Positions 46,949 to 56,533 of a stretch of DNA of 64,000 nucleotides are shown piece after piece. The notes beneath the pieces are model-generated. The model worked only from the letters and a program-made list of their open reading frames with translations. It ran no database searches and was not told the DNA's origin. A program made the translations under genes and the position numbers. This DNA is from Bacillota bacterium. Lineage in GTDB: Bacteria > Bacillota > Limnochordia > DTU087 > JAAYGB01. How positions within the stretch are numbered: position 1 is the stretch's first letter; the number at the start of each line of letters is the position of its first letter. The stretch is from the NCBI GenBank assembly GCA_012727955.1, contig JAAYGB010000005.1, positions 41,800-105,799 of the forward strand, read 5' to 3'.

Positions 46949-48442
46949 GTGGTGACCGCGGTGTATGGACTTGGGTTAATTCTCACACTGGTGTTGTCCG
47001 GTGGAGTGATTGCCTATATCGGTGACAAGATTGGAATGAAGATCGGTCGCAAGCGGCTTAGCCTCTTTGGCCTTCGCCCCAAGTATACATCCATCGTGAT
47101 TACCATTGTCACCGGGATCCTGATTGCCGCGGCGTCCCTGGCAGTGCTGACCATTGCTTCTGCCGATGTGCGAACCGCCCTATTTCACATGAAGGAGATT
47201 CAAACGGCCCTAGCAACCAGTGAAGTCCGCTTTAATGCCAGCCAACAACGGCTCTTTGAAGTGGAACAGGAGCTAGCTGCCCAGGAAGCCCAAGTGCAGT
47301 CCTTGGCTGAGGAGATTCAACGGAAAACCCTCGAGTATGAGGAGCTAAGCCACCAGCTGCTAGAGGTGGTTGAGCAGAGAGATGCCGCCAAGGTGGAACT
47401 GGAGTCCGCACAGGCGGAAGCTGCGGAAATGGAACGGCAGTTTGCCGACTTACAAGCGGACTATGAGAATATGATGACAAACTTTGAATTGATCAAAACG
47501 GAGTATCAAGAGATGAATGCCGCCTACACCGCCATCGCACAGCAATACGAAACTGCCTTGGCCCAGTACAATCAAGCCCGGTCGGATTTGGCTGCCACAG
47601 AAGAGGAGCTAGAGGAGACCCGCAGGTCCTTGGCACTGGAGAAACAGCGGCTAGAGGATATGAAGGAGATCAATCAGCTGTTCCAAGCCAAGATCGACGA
47701 ACTGAGACAGACTGAAGAGGAAATGAAGACCCATATGCAGGCCCTGACCCAGGAGTACAATCTGATGGTCAGCCTGCAGAACGAGCTGATTCAAGAAAAA
47801 CAGACTGAGCTGGAACTGATTAAATCCAGTAATTTTGTCTTTCAGGCCAATGAGATTATTCTGGCCACGGTGATGGAAGGAAGCCGAGATATAGAGGATA
47901 TGCGGCAGGAGATTATTACCTTCCTAAACCAGGCTAATCAGATTGCCCTAAGGCGTGGGGTGATGGATAAGGCTACCTCGAGGGCTGCCCTTGTGATTGA
48001 AAATGAGCATCTCCAGGAAGTATTGCATTATCTGGAACGGGCTGAGGGCAAACACGTGATTCGCGCCCTGGCTGCCAGCAACACGCTACCCGGTGAGCCC
48101 GTGGAGGTTCGGCTGGTCTATCTGCCTAATACTCTGATCTATAAGAAGGGCGAGATTATTCTCAGTCGTGAGATCGACTTGTCGGCACCGGGAGTGAATG
48201 TGGAAGATGAAATCGCGGCAATGCTCAGCCGGATCAACGATATTGGGATTTCCCGGGGAATGATCACCTATGCCGATGGTACCCTGGGTACCGCCCTTAC
48301 CGGCGATGAGTTCATGGCTACACTCCGGCAGATGCGCCAGCACGATAGTATGATTGAGGTGCAGGCAGTAGCCCGCCATGATATTTGGAATGCCGTAGGT
48401 CCCCTCAGCATCGATTTGAAGGTGGTGCCCTTAGACTCATAG
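46949..48442 (+). CDS. DUF3084-like membrane-anchored long coiled-coil protein
   Basis: 497 aa; N-term 'GDKIGMKIGRKRLSLFGLRPKYTSIVITIVTGILIAAASLAVL' resembles the DUF3084 N-terminal block; ~250 aa of Q/E-rich coiled coil; C-terminal alpha/beta domain. Confidence 0.45.
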   Translation: MVTAVYGLGLILTLVLSGGVIAYIGDKIGMKIGRKRLSLFGLRPKYTSIVITIVTGILIAAASLAVLTIASADVRTALFHMKEIQTALATSEVRFNASQQRLFEVEQELAAQEAQVQSLAEEIQRKTLEYEELSHQLLEVVEQRDAAKVELESAQAEAAEMERQFADLQADYENMMTNFELIKTEYQEMNAAYTAIAQQYETALAQYNQARSDLAATEEELEETRRSLALEKQRLEDMKEINQLFQAKIDELRQTEEEMKTHMQALTQEYNLMVSLQNELIQEKQTELELIKSSNFVFQANEIILATVMEGSRDIEDMRQEIITFLNQANQIALRRGVMDKATSRAALVIENEHLQEVLHYLERAEGKHVIRALAASNTLPGEPVEVRLVYLPNTLIYKKGEIILSREIDLSAPGVNVEDEIAAMLSRINDIGISRGMITYADGTLGTALTGDEFMATLRQMRQHDSMIEVQAVARHDIWNAVGPLSIDLKVVPLDS

Positions 48443-48476
48443 CCGTCAGGCTAGCTCCCAAAAGGAGGAAGGGGCA

Positions 48477-49289
48477 GTGGGACATCCTTGGCTAGTTGTT
48501 ATCCTTGTCGCCGTGGTGATGTGTAGTTCCTGGGCAATAGTGGGTGAAGCCCAGACCTTTTCAGATTTGCCGCCAAACCATTGGGGTTACGAGGGGCTGC
48601 GGGACTTAGTCAGAGCAGGTCTAGTAGAGGAATATCAACAGGGGCAGGCCTTGCTTGGCCCCGTGAGTCTATCCCGCTATGAGGTAGCCCTTCTGGTGGG
48701 TAAAGTTCACCAGAGATTGGACCACTATCAACGGAAATTAGTAGAAAAACAACTGATGCTAGGTACAAGTATGAGTGATGCCAATGTTGCCCAAGCACTT
48801 GCTGCCCTGGATTACACCCTATGGGAGCAAGTGTTTAATTTTACCTTGGAGCACCCTCCCGGCGATTTGACGGGGGGAAGAAGCCGGCAAGAGGTGGCGG
48901 AACTCAGGAGACTGACGGCAAGAGCCGCTCAGTCCCTGGAAAATCTAACCCGGGAGTTTGCCGAGGAGATGGAACTGATGGGGTTGTACTCTCGTCCCCG
49001 GGACACTGAATCTCGACGCCTGGCAATTCCGAAGCTGACCAGGGAGTTGAGTCCCACGCCAGAACCCTCGGCCAAGGAGCAGTCCCCGGTTGTGGGACAG
49101 TTGGGCCTAAGCCGGATCGGAGGACACTCCAAGGAGTGGAAAGCCGAGGCGTTGTGGCTGTGGCCGGGGCTGGAAGTTTGGGTTACAAGGCCCTTTTCGG
49201 AGACCGAAAAAATACCCATCAGCCTTCCTGCAAGGGGAGGATCCGGGAAAGGGTTTGACCCTACCAATGGCGAAGAATATCTTGAATAA
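48477..49289 (+). CDS. SLH-domain protein (no beta-barrel)
   Basis: 270 aa; signal peptide; one S-layer-homology motif 'FSDLPPNHWGYEGLRDLVRAGLVEEY...LSRYEVALLVGKV'; helical remainder. Confidence 0.6.
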   Translation: MGHPWLVVILVAVVMCSSWAIVGEAQTFSDLPPNHWGYEGLRDLVRAGLVEEYQQGQALLGPVSLSRYEVALLVGKVHQRLDHYQRKLVEKQLMLGTSMSDANVAQALAALDYTLWEQVFNFTLEHPPGDLTGGRSRQEVAELRRLTARAAQSLENLTREFAEEMELMGLYSRPRDTESRRLAIPKLTRELSPTPEPSAKEQSPVVGQLGLSRIGGHSKEWKAEALWLWPGLEVWVTRPFSETEKIPISLPARGGSGKGFDPTNGEEYLE

Positions 49290-49335
49290 CTTTGAATTGG
49301 TACATAACCTTCGGTACCCATAGGAAATTCCCATG

Positions 49336-49366
49336 AAATCTTCCTTTGAATCGGGAAGGATTTTTC
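49336..49366 (+). terminator. probable rho-independent terminator
   Basis: stem atcttcc/ggaaggat (one bulge) then tttttc. Confidence 0.5.
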
Positions 49367-49579
49367 AGCTTGTGCCAGAAAGTTCTTCCTCAACAGTGTC
49401 TTTCTATCTATTCACGGTGCAGGTGGTGGGAAAGGAGGTGCCAGACCCAGGTTGACCACGACTGCGCTGGGAAAGGCGTTTCGCTCGAAGGAATGCTGTC
49501 CGGTGCTGAACTGTTTTTTCGGCGGGCGAGTATTACCTTCGAGATCAAATAAAGAGAAACCAACCAGGGGGGAAATGGA

Positions 49580-51340
49580 ATGAAACAGAAAATAACGGCC
49601 CTTTTAGTTCTTGCGATGATCTGGGCGATGGCAGTCCCGGCCATTGCTGCTAGTCCCTTTGGCGATGTCGATCCTGATCACTGGGCATATGACTCCGTGA
49701 CCAGATTGGCCGCTGCTGGGCTGATTATCGGGTATCCCGATGGGACCTTCGGTGGACAACGTAGCTTTACCCGCTATGAAATGGCAATGGTTTTTGCTCG
49801 GGTCTTGGATCGTTTAGAGATCTGGATTGACGATCAATTTGCCGGTGCCAGTGACCAGCTGAAGGCAGACATCTATGACGAGATCCTCGCTGTGATGGAC
49901 AGCCGTCTCGCTGAGGTAAGAGCTGAGATTCCTGAGGTTGTTGAGCAACCGGTTCGTCAGGTAATCGAGACCACCGTCGTAGAGAAGCCCTTTGAGTTGA
50001 CCGATGAGGCTAAGGCTGTATTGGCTCAGTTCGTAGCCGAGCGGGTGACTGAAGAAGCCGCCGCCATTGCTGAGGCTGCTGGCAAGAAGGCTGACGCTGC
50101 CTTTAGGCTGGCTACGCAGAATACCAGCAACCTGACTCAGACCCAGGCTGCGATTGCTGCCTTGCAGGGCGATATGGATTACGTAAAGTCCTATATCGAG
50201 ACTGAAGTGGCTACCATCAGCGCTGATGTGGCTGCTTTGACCGATGAGTTTGGCGGTGAACTTGAGGTTCTCGGATTTAGACTGGACAACCTCGAGTCTG
50301 TATTCTTCAAGGTCTATGACAGAGTTGCCACTCTGCAGCGGGATGTTGCTGATCATGCTGCCAGAATCGAAGCCCTAGAGGCTCAGGGCGAAGACATTGA
50401 CGCTCTTAAGACTCAGGTAGCTGCCCTTGAGGCCGATGCCGAAGAGCTTTGGGCTGCAGACGCTGACCGCAATGCTCGGTTGGCAGAGCTTGAGGTGCAA
50501 AGCACCATCAACGAGATCCAGCTGTATCAGCTGAAGAACGAGAACACCTCCCAGGACGAGAGGATCGAGAGATTGACAGCTCGGGTTGAGGAGCTGGAGA
50601 ACGCTCGTCTCGAGGACCTGAACAAACAGCTGAAGGCTGTTCGCTTTGGTGGGTACTTAGACAATAAGTACACTGTTACTGAGGAAGCAGCCGGTAACAA
50701 CGAATTTGTGCAAGAGGCTAAGCTGGAGATGACGGTACCCACCGATCTGGCTACCTTGAAGACCAGCGTTACCGTGTCTGGAAGCTTGGTCGAAGATGCT
50801 CATGACGACACCAAGGTTGGCTTGGCAGTTCGGGCCCAGGACATCGATTTCCTGTCGCTGGATTGGTACGGTGAGCTCGCTCACTCCACCAATGTCTCCG
50901 ACGCTACAAATGTCGACTCCATTAACTTCAAGCTGGGCGTAGGCAAGGACTTCGAGTTTGCAGGGGCACCCCTCAGATTCGATGCCGCGAAGACCTTCAA
51001 CTTGAAGAAGAATGAAACAGATGATAACGACTTCACCCTGACCTTCAAGAAGTTCTTCGTCGACAATCTCAGTGCCAAGGCGAACTATGGCTTCAAGAAC
51101 AACTCCGACGCCTATGACTGGGGTACTGGGTTTACTCTGGCCTTGGATCCCGCGACCTTGAAGTTGGACTTCACCAATGCTGAGAATGACGAGGGCGTTG
51201 TAACCAAGACCACTGAGCTTGGTGTTACCGTCCCGGTACTCAACGATGCCGTTGACCTCAGCCTGAAGGCTGCTCAGGTGGATAAGGAAACTGAGGATAC
51301 CTACATGAAGTACACCGGTGGTATCAAGGTGAAGTTCTAG
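49580..51340 (+). CDS. OmpM-like outer-membrane protein (SLH domain + coiled coil + C-terminal porin-like beta-barrel)
   Basis: 586 aa; signal peptide 'MKQKITALLVLAMIWAMAVPAIA'; SLH motif 'FGDVDPDHWAYDSVTRLAAAGLIIGYPDGTF...FTRYEMAMVFARVL'; ~300 aa heptad coiled coil; C-terminal ~230 aa alternating beta-strands ending ...GGIKVKF (aromatic C-terminus of OMPs). Confidence 0.8.
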   Translation: MKQKITALLVLAMIWAMAVPAIAASPFGDVDPDHWAYDSVTRLAAAGLIIGYPDGTFGGQRSFTRYEMAMVFARVLDRLEIWIDDQFAGASDQLKADIYDEILAVMDSRLAEVRAEIPEVVEQPVRQVIETTVVEKPFELTDEAKAVLAQFVAERVTEEAAAIAEAAGKKADAAFRLATQNTSNLTQTQAAIAALQGDMDYVKSYIETEVATISADVAALTDEFGGELEVLGFRLDNLESVFFKVYDRVATLQRDVADHAARIEALEAQGEDIDALKTQVAALEADAEELWAADADRNARLAELEVQSTINEIQLYQLKNENTSQDERIERLTARVEELENARLEDLNKQLKAVRFGGYLDNKYTVTEEAAGNNEFVQEAKLEMTVPTDLATLKTSVTVSGSLVEDAHDDTKVGLAVRAQDIDFLSLDWYGELAHSTNVSDATNVDSINFKLGVGKDFEFAGAPLRFDAAKTFNLKKNETDDNDFTLTFKKFFVDNLSAKANYGFKNNSDAYDWGTGFTLALDPATLKLDFTNAENDEGVVTKTTELGVTVPVLNDAVDLSLKAAQVDKETEDTYMKYTGGIKVKF

Positions 51341-51366
51341 TAGGACTTCTATAGACAGGAAAAAAA

Positions 51367-51400
51367 CCTCTGGGTGGTTAATCCACTCAGGGGTTTTTCT
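51367..51400 (+). terminator. rho-independent terminator after OmpM-like gene
   Basis: stem cctctgggtgg/ccactcagggg (2 G-U), loop ttaat, then tttttct. Confidence 0.75.
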
Positions 51401-51447
51401 CATTGCTGGGGAACTTATAGGAATAGTGGTTGCTGCAGCAAAGGAGG

Positions 51448-51861
51448 ATGCACGTGCTGGTGTTAGCGGTAGATCCAGGAAGGGCTAAATGCGGCTTGGT
51501 GGTGATGGCTAGCTCAGGGGAAGTCTTGGTGCAGGAAGTGGTTCCTGCCGAGGAGTTGTTGGACCGGATTCGCCTGGAGGTGGAGTCTCGACCCATTGAC
51601 GTGGTCCTGCTGGGGGATGGTACGGGAGCCAAGGTTTTCCGGGAAAGGTTAGCCCAAGCGGGGATTGATAGGTTAGTGGATAGGGTTGAGCTGGTCGATG
51701 AACATCGTACCAGCGAACTGGCCCGCCGCAAGTACCTAGAGGAAAATCGCCGGGGATGGCGGAGGTTCTGGCCCCTTTCCCTGCAGTATCCCTCGGAACC
51801 CTATGATGACTACGTGGCCTTGATCTTGGCCCAGCGGTATCTGAGAAGTCAGGAAAGATAA
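51448..51861 (+). CDS. RuvX/YqgF-like RNase H-fold nuclease (putative Holliday-junction resolvase / pre-16S rRNA nuclease-like)
   Basis: ATG 51448 after an AAGGAGG RBS; 'VLAVDPGRAKCGLVVM', 'DVVLLGDGTGAK', 'VELVDEHRTSELARRKYLE' resemble the YqgF/RuvC-like resolvase motifs. Confidence 0.5.
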   Translation: MHVLVLAVDPGRAKCGLVVMASSGEVLVQEVVPAEELLDRIRLEVESRPIDVVLLGDGTGAKVFRERLAQAGIDRLVDRVELVDEHRTSELARRKYLEENRRGWRRFWPLSLQYPSEPYDDYVALILAQRYLRSQER

Positions 51862-51964
51862 AAGGTGTTACCTCCCCCTTGCTGAAAACTTAACTTGATA
51901 TTTCGATAATTTCGACGAAGGGGGGAGATAGACGGTCCCGTGATGCTGGATCGTCTGACACATT

Positions 51965-52885
51965 ATGGCCTATGATGTACTGGGGTTAGGTTTGTGTACC
52001 CACGATTACTTAGCCGTGGTTTCCCATATTCCGGAGTTCGAAAGTTCGGTGCATATGAGCGCTTCCAGTCAACAGGGCGGCGGTCCCGCCGCCACAGCGA
52101 TGGTGGCAGTGAGCCGCTTGGGAGCTAAAGCCGGGTTTATCGGTGTGGTGGGGGATGATGCCTCCGGGGAATTTATCCGGAAGGACTTTGCCCGCTATGG
52201 TGTCGATACCCAGCACCTGGTGGTGAGACCGAAGGCCACCTCGTGCTTTGTCGTGTGCCTAGTTGAGGAAGGCAGCGGAGACCGGGCCTTCATTCTCAGT
52301 AACAAGACGGCGACGCCCCTTCGACCTGAAGAGCTGGATGAGGAAGTGATTAACAGTGCCAAGTACCTCCATGTCGACGGGAATGAAATGGCGGCTTCCA
52401 TCGCTGCAGCCAAGATCGCCCGTCGGGCTGGGATTCCGGTGGTGATGGATGCCACTAATGCTCGGGGTATGGAGAACCTCTTGCCCCTAGTGGACATCCT
52501 CATCGCGTCGCGATTCTTCTATGAGGATATTGCCGATGGGCGAACTCCGATGCAGGTGGCCAAGGACCTGGTGGCGGAGGGCCAACATCAGGAGGTAATC
52601 ATCACCTTGGCCGAGCAAGGCTGTGTCTGCGCCAGTGGGGATGTCGCCGAAGCTGTCCCCGCCTTTGCCATCAGTCCCGTTGTCGATACCACTGGATGTG
52701 GCGATGTTTTTCACGGCGCCTACATCGTCGGTAAACTAAGGGGAATGGACATGTTAACGGCCGCTGAATTTGCCAGCGCCGCCGCAGGGCTCAAGGTTCG
52801 CAAACTCGGTGGCAGAGCGGGAATCCCCACCTACGATGAAGTGGTGGAATTTCTCCGGGAGCATTCCCCCAACCGGAATTGGTAG
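51965..52885 (+). CDS. PfkB-family sugar/sugar-phosphate kinase
   Basis: 306 aa; N-term 'VLGLGLCTHDYLAVV' and C-term 'DTTGCGDVFHGAYIVG' (PfkB signature 2). Confidence 0.85.
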   Translation: MAYDVLGLGLCTHDYLAVVSHIPEFESSVHMSASSQQGGGPAATAMVAVSRLGAKAGFIGVVGDDASGEFIRKDFARYGVDTQHLVVRPKATSCFVVCLVEEGSGDRAFILSNKTATPLRPEELDEEVINSAKYLHVDGNEMAASIAAAKIARRAGIPVVMDATNARGMENLLPLVDILIASRFFYEDIADGRTPMQVAKDLVAEGQHQEVIITLAEQGCVCASGDVAEAVPAFAISPVVDTTGCGDVFHGAYIVGKLRGMDMLTAAEFASAAAGLKVRKLGGRAGIPTYDEVVEFLREHSPNRNW

Positions 52886-52927
52886 GATTATTAGAACAAA
52901 TTGGCAGTCTGTGAGGAGGAAGAGGAA

Positions 52928-53776
52928 TTGAGTTTAGTCTCCCTGCAAAGCATTCTTACCGCGGCAGACCGGGGCGGATACGCCGTCGGTGCCTTTAATG
53001 CCTTTAATGTTGAGACCACGCAGGCGGTGGTTGCCGCCGCGGAGGCGGAAAAAAGCCCTGTCATTCTGTTGGTCTATGATGGGCACCAACGTCATTTTGG
53101 TATCGCTGAATCGGCAGCCATCGGCAGAGCCTTAGCCGAGGCCGCGTCAGTACCGGTGGCTTTACACCTGGATCATGGGGCTAGTTTTGAGATGGTCGTC
53201 AAGTGTCTACAGGCAGGGTATACCGGGGTGATGTTCGATGGCTCCCGTCTGCCCTACGAGGACAACGTTGCCATCACCAAAAGGGTGACGGAGGTTGCCC
53301 ACTTGTGTGGAGTCTCCGTGGAGGCAGAGCTGGGACAGGTCGGAGTGGCCGCTCGGGGCGATGGGGCGAAGGCGGATCTGATGACCGCCCCAGACCAGGC
53401 GGCGGACTTCGTGGCTCAGACCCAGGTAGATGCCCTGGCTGTAGCCATTGGCAATGCCCACGGTTTTTACACAGATACACCCAAGTTGGATTTTGAGCGG
53501 CTTGCGGCCATCAATGAGGCGGTATCGGTTCCCCTGGTGCTCCACGGTGGTACCGGGATTCCCGATGATGACCTTCGGCGAGCTATCGAATTGGGTATCC
53601 GCAAAGTGAACATTGGCACTGAGGTGATGACCGCCTTTGGCACCACCCTGCGAGAGGCTCTGAAAAACACTGAAGGCCCGATAGTGGGATTGGCAGAGCT
53701 GGCACAAGCCAAGAGAGCAATGCAAGAGAAAATTCAGGCGCGGATGCGGGTATTGGGCTCATCGGGTAAGGCCTAG
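52928..53776 (+). CDS. class II fructose/tagatose-bisphosphate aldolase family protein
   Basis: TTG 52928 after a GAGGAGGA RBS (ORF from 52901); 'GYAVGAFNAFNVETTQAVVAAAEAEKSPVILLV', 'LHLDHGASFEMVVKCLQAGYTGVMFDGS', 'HLCGVSVEAELGQVG' class II aldolase blocks. Confidence 0.85.
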   Translation: MSLVSLQSILTAADRGGYAVGAFNAFNVETTQAVVAAAEAEKSPVILLVYDGHQRHFGIAESAAIGRALAEAASVPVALHLDHGASFEMVVKCLQAGYTGVMFDGSRLPYEDNVAITKRVTEVAHLCGVSVEAELGQVGVAARGDGAKADLMTAPDQAADFVAQTQVDALAVAIGNAHGFYTDTPKLDFERLAAINEAVSVPLVLHGGTGIPDDDLRRAIELGIRKVNIGTEVMTAFGTTLREALKNTEGPIVGLAELAQAKRAMQEKIQARMRVLGSSGKA

Positions 53777-53935
53777 ATTGGATACTTTCACCAGTGAGAA
53801 TCGGGTCCATTCTCCCCTGGACAACGGCGCTACCGGCAGGGAATATGCCATTTTACCCCGAAATTATTAGTTATTAGCTAAGATGGAAATAGGGGCGAAA
53901 GTCATGGTTGATACACCGTTACCGGAGGGAGTGAT

Positions 53936-55432
53936 ATGATCAGGAAACTCAAGGGTTGCTTTATCATAGGCATTTTTCTCGCTCTTACACTGGCAGCATC
54001 AAATTTCCCGCCGGTGGTTGCCAAAGTCCAGGCTCAGGAACTTCCCGTGGAGCACTGGAGCTATTCCGCGGTTAGGTCCTTAGCCGAGACACCTTTGCTG
54101 GAGCCGACGGAGCTCAACTTTACCTACGGAGTGACCACCATTACCCGCTTTGAGATGGCCCTCTTGGTAAGTAAAGTTCTCAATCGGCTGGAGGCAATGG
54201 GTGGAACTGAATCGGTGACGGGGGTGGATCCTGACCTTTGGTTGGAATATGTCTTTGAACGAGCTATGGGAGCGGTGGATTCAAACCAAGAGCTGAACAA
54301 GACCCATCTGGAGTCGATTCGACGTCTAATCCAAGGTTTTGACTCTGAGTTGGAGTCCTTGGGGATTGTGGACCGGTTTCTGCCTTCAAAGGGGGCAACG
54401 GACCTATTCTGGAATCATTTTAGCTTTTCACCCTCGCAACAGTTGCTTCTCAAGAGCGAGCCTGAAAACGGTCTGTTTGCGCTTAAGGACAAGCAACACT
54501 ATCTCATCGGTGACAGCATCGTTCAACTAAACGATCGGGTGCATATCGGGGCTACCGTTGCCACCAGATCCAGAGGGGGCCTGCTCGAAGAGGAAACTAA
54601 GAGCATCGGTTCCATCGGTGGTACAATTCGGGTGGCGCCGGATTTTGTGATTTCTGGTGGATACGCCGGTGGAGCGGGAGAAGATCCATCGGACTCCGAA
54701 CTGAAGAATTTCGGAGCGGTATGGCAGATTGGAGACTTGGAGCTGGGAGCAAAGTATCGATCGGTTAATCCTGGGTCGGAGGCCTTGCTGGGCTTTGATT
54801 TCACCGAACAGATGCGGACCCGAGGTTACGACTTTACCGTTCGGGTTGGTGATATCCTAATTCGAACCTCTAGAGATACCGTGAATGCTTTAAATGATGA
54901 ATCTGCCCAACCCAATACTGTCCACTCCATGGGTGTGAGCTATGATGTTGGTTCCGACACGGTAATTCGAGCGGACTACAGCTTTAGCGATGTCAAAGTT
55001 CCATACTCGCCACCGCCTGCATCCGGTGGTCCTGGCACGGAACCCTCGGATCCCGGTGAAGAACCATCGTTGCCGGAGCCTGTTCCTCCTGAGTTTTCCA
55101 TCCGGCGCAGGGCTGCCATCGGCGTGGGAGTGGATACTCCCACAGGAAGTGTGGAATTTGGATTGAAGTACGAAGGAGACTCACAACTGGGCGGCGCTAA
55201 TCTCGGGAGCAGGGGTGCCAGTGCCGGAGTCAAATATCCCGTTGGCGAAGAGACAGTCATGCAAGCCGGGGTTGAAGTTGAAGAGGGTGCCGGTCAAAGT
55301 TCCAAAAGTCTCAGTCTGGGATTTGTTTTTCAGGCCGATACTTCACTTTTGGTCGGTTACAAAATGATTGACTTTGAGTCCAGCGCGGAGTCAGATAATG
55401 TAGCCACCGCGGAATTCTCCATCAGATTCTAG
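53936..55432 (+). CDS. second OmpM-like SLH-anchored outer-membrane beta-barrel protein
   Basis: 498 aa; signal peptide; SLH motif 'LPVEHWSYSAVRSLAETPLL...ITRFEMALLVSKVLNRLE'; short helical linker; C-terminal beta-barrel-like region ending ...AEFSIRF. Confidence 0.7.
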   Translation: MIRKLKGCFIIGIFLALTLAASNFPPVVAKVQAQELPVEHWSYSAVRSLAETPLLEPTELNFTYGVTTITRFEMALLVSKVLNRLEAMGGTESVTGVDPDLWLEYVFERAMGAVDSNQELNKTHLESIRRLIQGFDSELESLGIVDRFLPSKGATDLFWNHFSFSPSQQLLLKSEPENGLFALKDKQHYLIGDSIVQLNDRVHIGATVATRSRGGLLEEETKSIGSIGGTIRVAPDFVISGGYAGGAGEDPSDSELKNFGAVWQIGDLELGAKYRSVNPGSEALLGFDFTEQMRTRGYDFTVRVGDILIRTSRDTVNALNDESAQPNTVHSMGVSYDVGSDTVIRADYSFSDVKVPYSPPPASGGPGTEPSDPGEEPSLPEPVPPEFSIRRRAAIGVGVDTPTGSVEFGLKYEGDSQLGGANLGSRGASAGVKYPVGEETVMQAGVEVEEGAGQSSKSLSLGFVFQADTSLLVGYKMIDFESSAESDNVATAEFSIRF

Positions 55433-55483
55433 ACAGGAGGGGAAGGGTGCAGGCCTAGGCGATTGGGTAGGCCAGCCGAAACT

Positions 55484-56428
55484 ATGAATATGAAAAGGAT
55501 ACTCAGTCTAGCTTTAACGGCAGTAATGGTGTGGACCTTGGCAGTTCCCGTGGGCGTCAGTGCCCAAGCAAGTCCACTGCAGCAATTGACGGAGCTGGAG
55601 AAGCAGCTCTATGGGCGCCCTGTAGAAGAGGGGTCAATTATTGAACGGTTGGGTCGACTGGAAAACGATTTGTTTGGGCGGACAGAGAGGGGAGCCCTAT
55701 TGGTCCGGCTGGAGCGATTGCGCAGTTACGTCGATGCCACCGGCATCAATGGCAATTCTCTCACCGTTAAGTTGACGGCATTGGAGTGGATGATGTACCA
55801 AAGCGTCAATTCCGATAAGCCCCTTTTCGATCGAATCAAAGAATTAGAACTAGGGATTTTTGGTTCCACCAATACCGGGCCCGTTGAGAATCGGGTCCAG
55901 GAGCTGACCAATATTGTCTGGGGTGGCCGGGACATAGCTACCGCGGTTAGGGAAGTGCCCAGTTCGACGCTGGTGAAGATCCAGTTGTTGGCAGGGGTTT
56001 CTTCAGAGAAAAATAAAGTTAATGATCAGATCCCCTATGAGATTATCGAGGACATTATCGTCGACGGTACCCTGGTGATTCCCGCGGGTACCAAGGGAAC
56101 GGCGACGGTCACCGAAGCCAGAGAGGCCGGTAGATTGGGCCGTGACGGTGTGCTGCGACTGGATTTTGGTCGGGTTACTGCCATCGACGGCAGCAGAATC
56201 CGATTGGTCTTGTCGGAGCGAGCCAGTGAGGAGAACCAATCTCTGTATATGGCGGCAGGGGCCAGTATGCTCGGCGTGGTGCTGTTGGCGGGAAATCCCA
56301 TTGGTTTGGCTGGAGCCCTCTTGGTTAAGGGCAAGGATGTAAGCATCGACAGCAATGTGGAATTCTACGTAGAGGTGGCCACCGAAGCTAAGGTGAACGG
56401 CTTAGTTGTATCCTTGGGACAAAACTAG
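55484..56428 (+). CDS. secreted hypothetical protein with three ~40-aa 'L..LE..L(Y/F)G' repeats
   Basis: signal peptide 'MNMKRILSLALTAVMVWTLAVPVGVSAQA'; repeats 'ELEKQLYGR', 'RLENDLFGR', 'ELELGIFGS'; C-terminal beta-rich domain; no known family recognised. Confidence 0.4.
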   Translation: MNMKRILSLALTAVMVWTLAVPVGVSAQASPLQQLTELEKQLYGRPVEEGSIIERLGRLENDLFGRTERGALLVRLERLRSYVDATGINGNSLTVKLTALEWMMYQSVNSDKPLFDRIKELELGIFGSTNTGPVENRVQELTNIVWGGRDIATAVREVPSSTLVKIQLLAGVSSEKNKVNDQIPYEIIEDIIVDGTLVIPAGTKGTATVTEAREAGRLGRDGVLRLDFGRVTAIDGSRIRLVLSERASEENQSLYMAAGASMLGVVLLAGNPIGLAGALLVKGKDVSIDSNVEFYVEVATEAKVNGLVVSLGQN

Positions 56429-56461
56429 GTTGGGTTTTGTCTAGGGTGAGAAGTTAAACCT

Positions 56462-56488
56462 GGGGAAACCATAGGGTTTCCCCTTCAT
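56462..56488 (+). terminator. possible terminator hairpin
   Basis: stem ggggaaacc/ggtttcccc, weak U tract. Confidence 0.4.
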
Positions 56489-56533
56489 GTAATTGGCGGG
56501 ATAGGGACAGGTTGTACTGCTGCTTGCCCGGAG

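Noticed and set aside
49290-49579. 68-aa ORF 49346..49552 and possible structured leader upstream of the OmpM-like gene
   Set aside because: The ORF has no RBS or conservation signal and overlaps a probable terminator and leader. It is treated as a noncoding 5' region. I could not identify a convincing promoter or riboswitch by eye.
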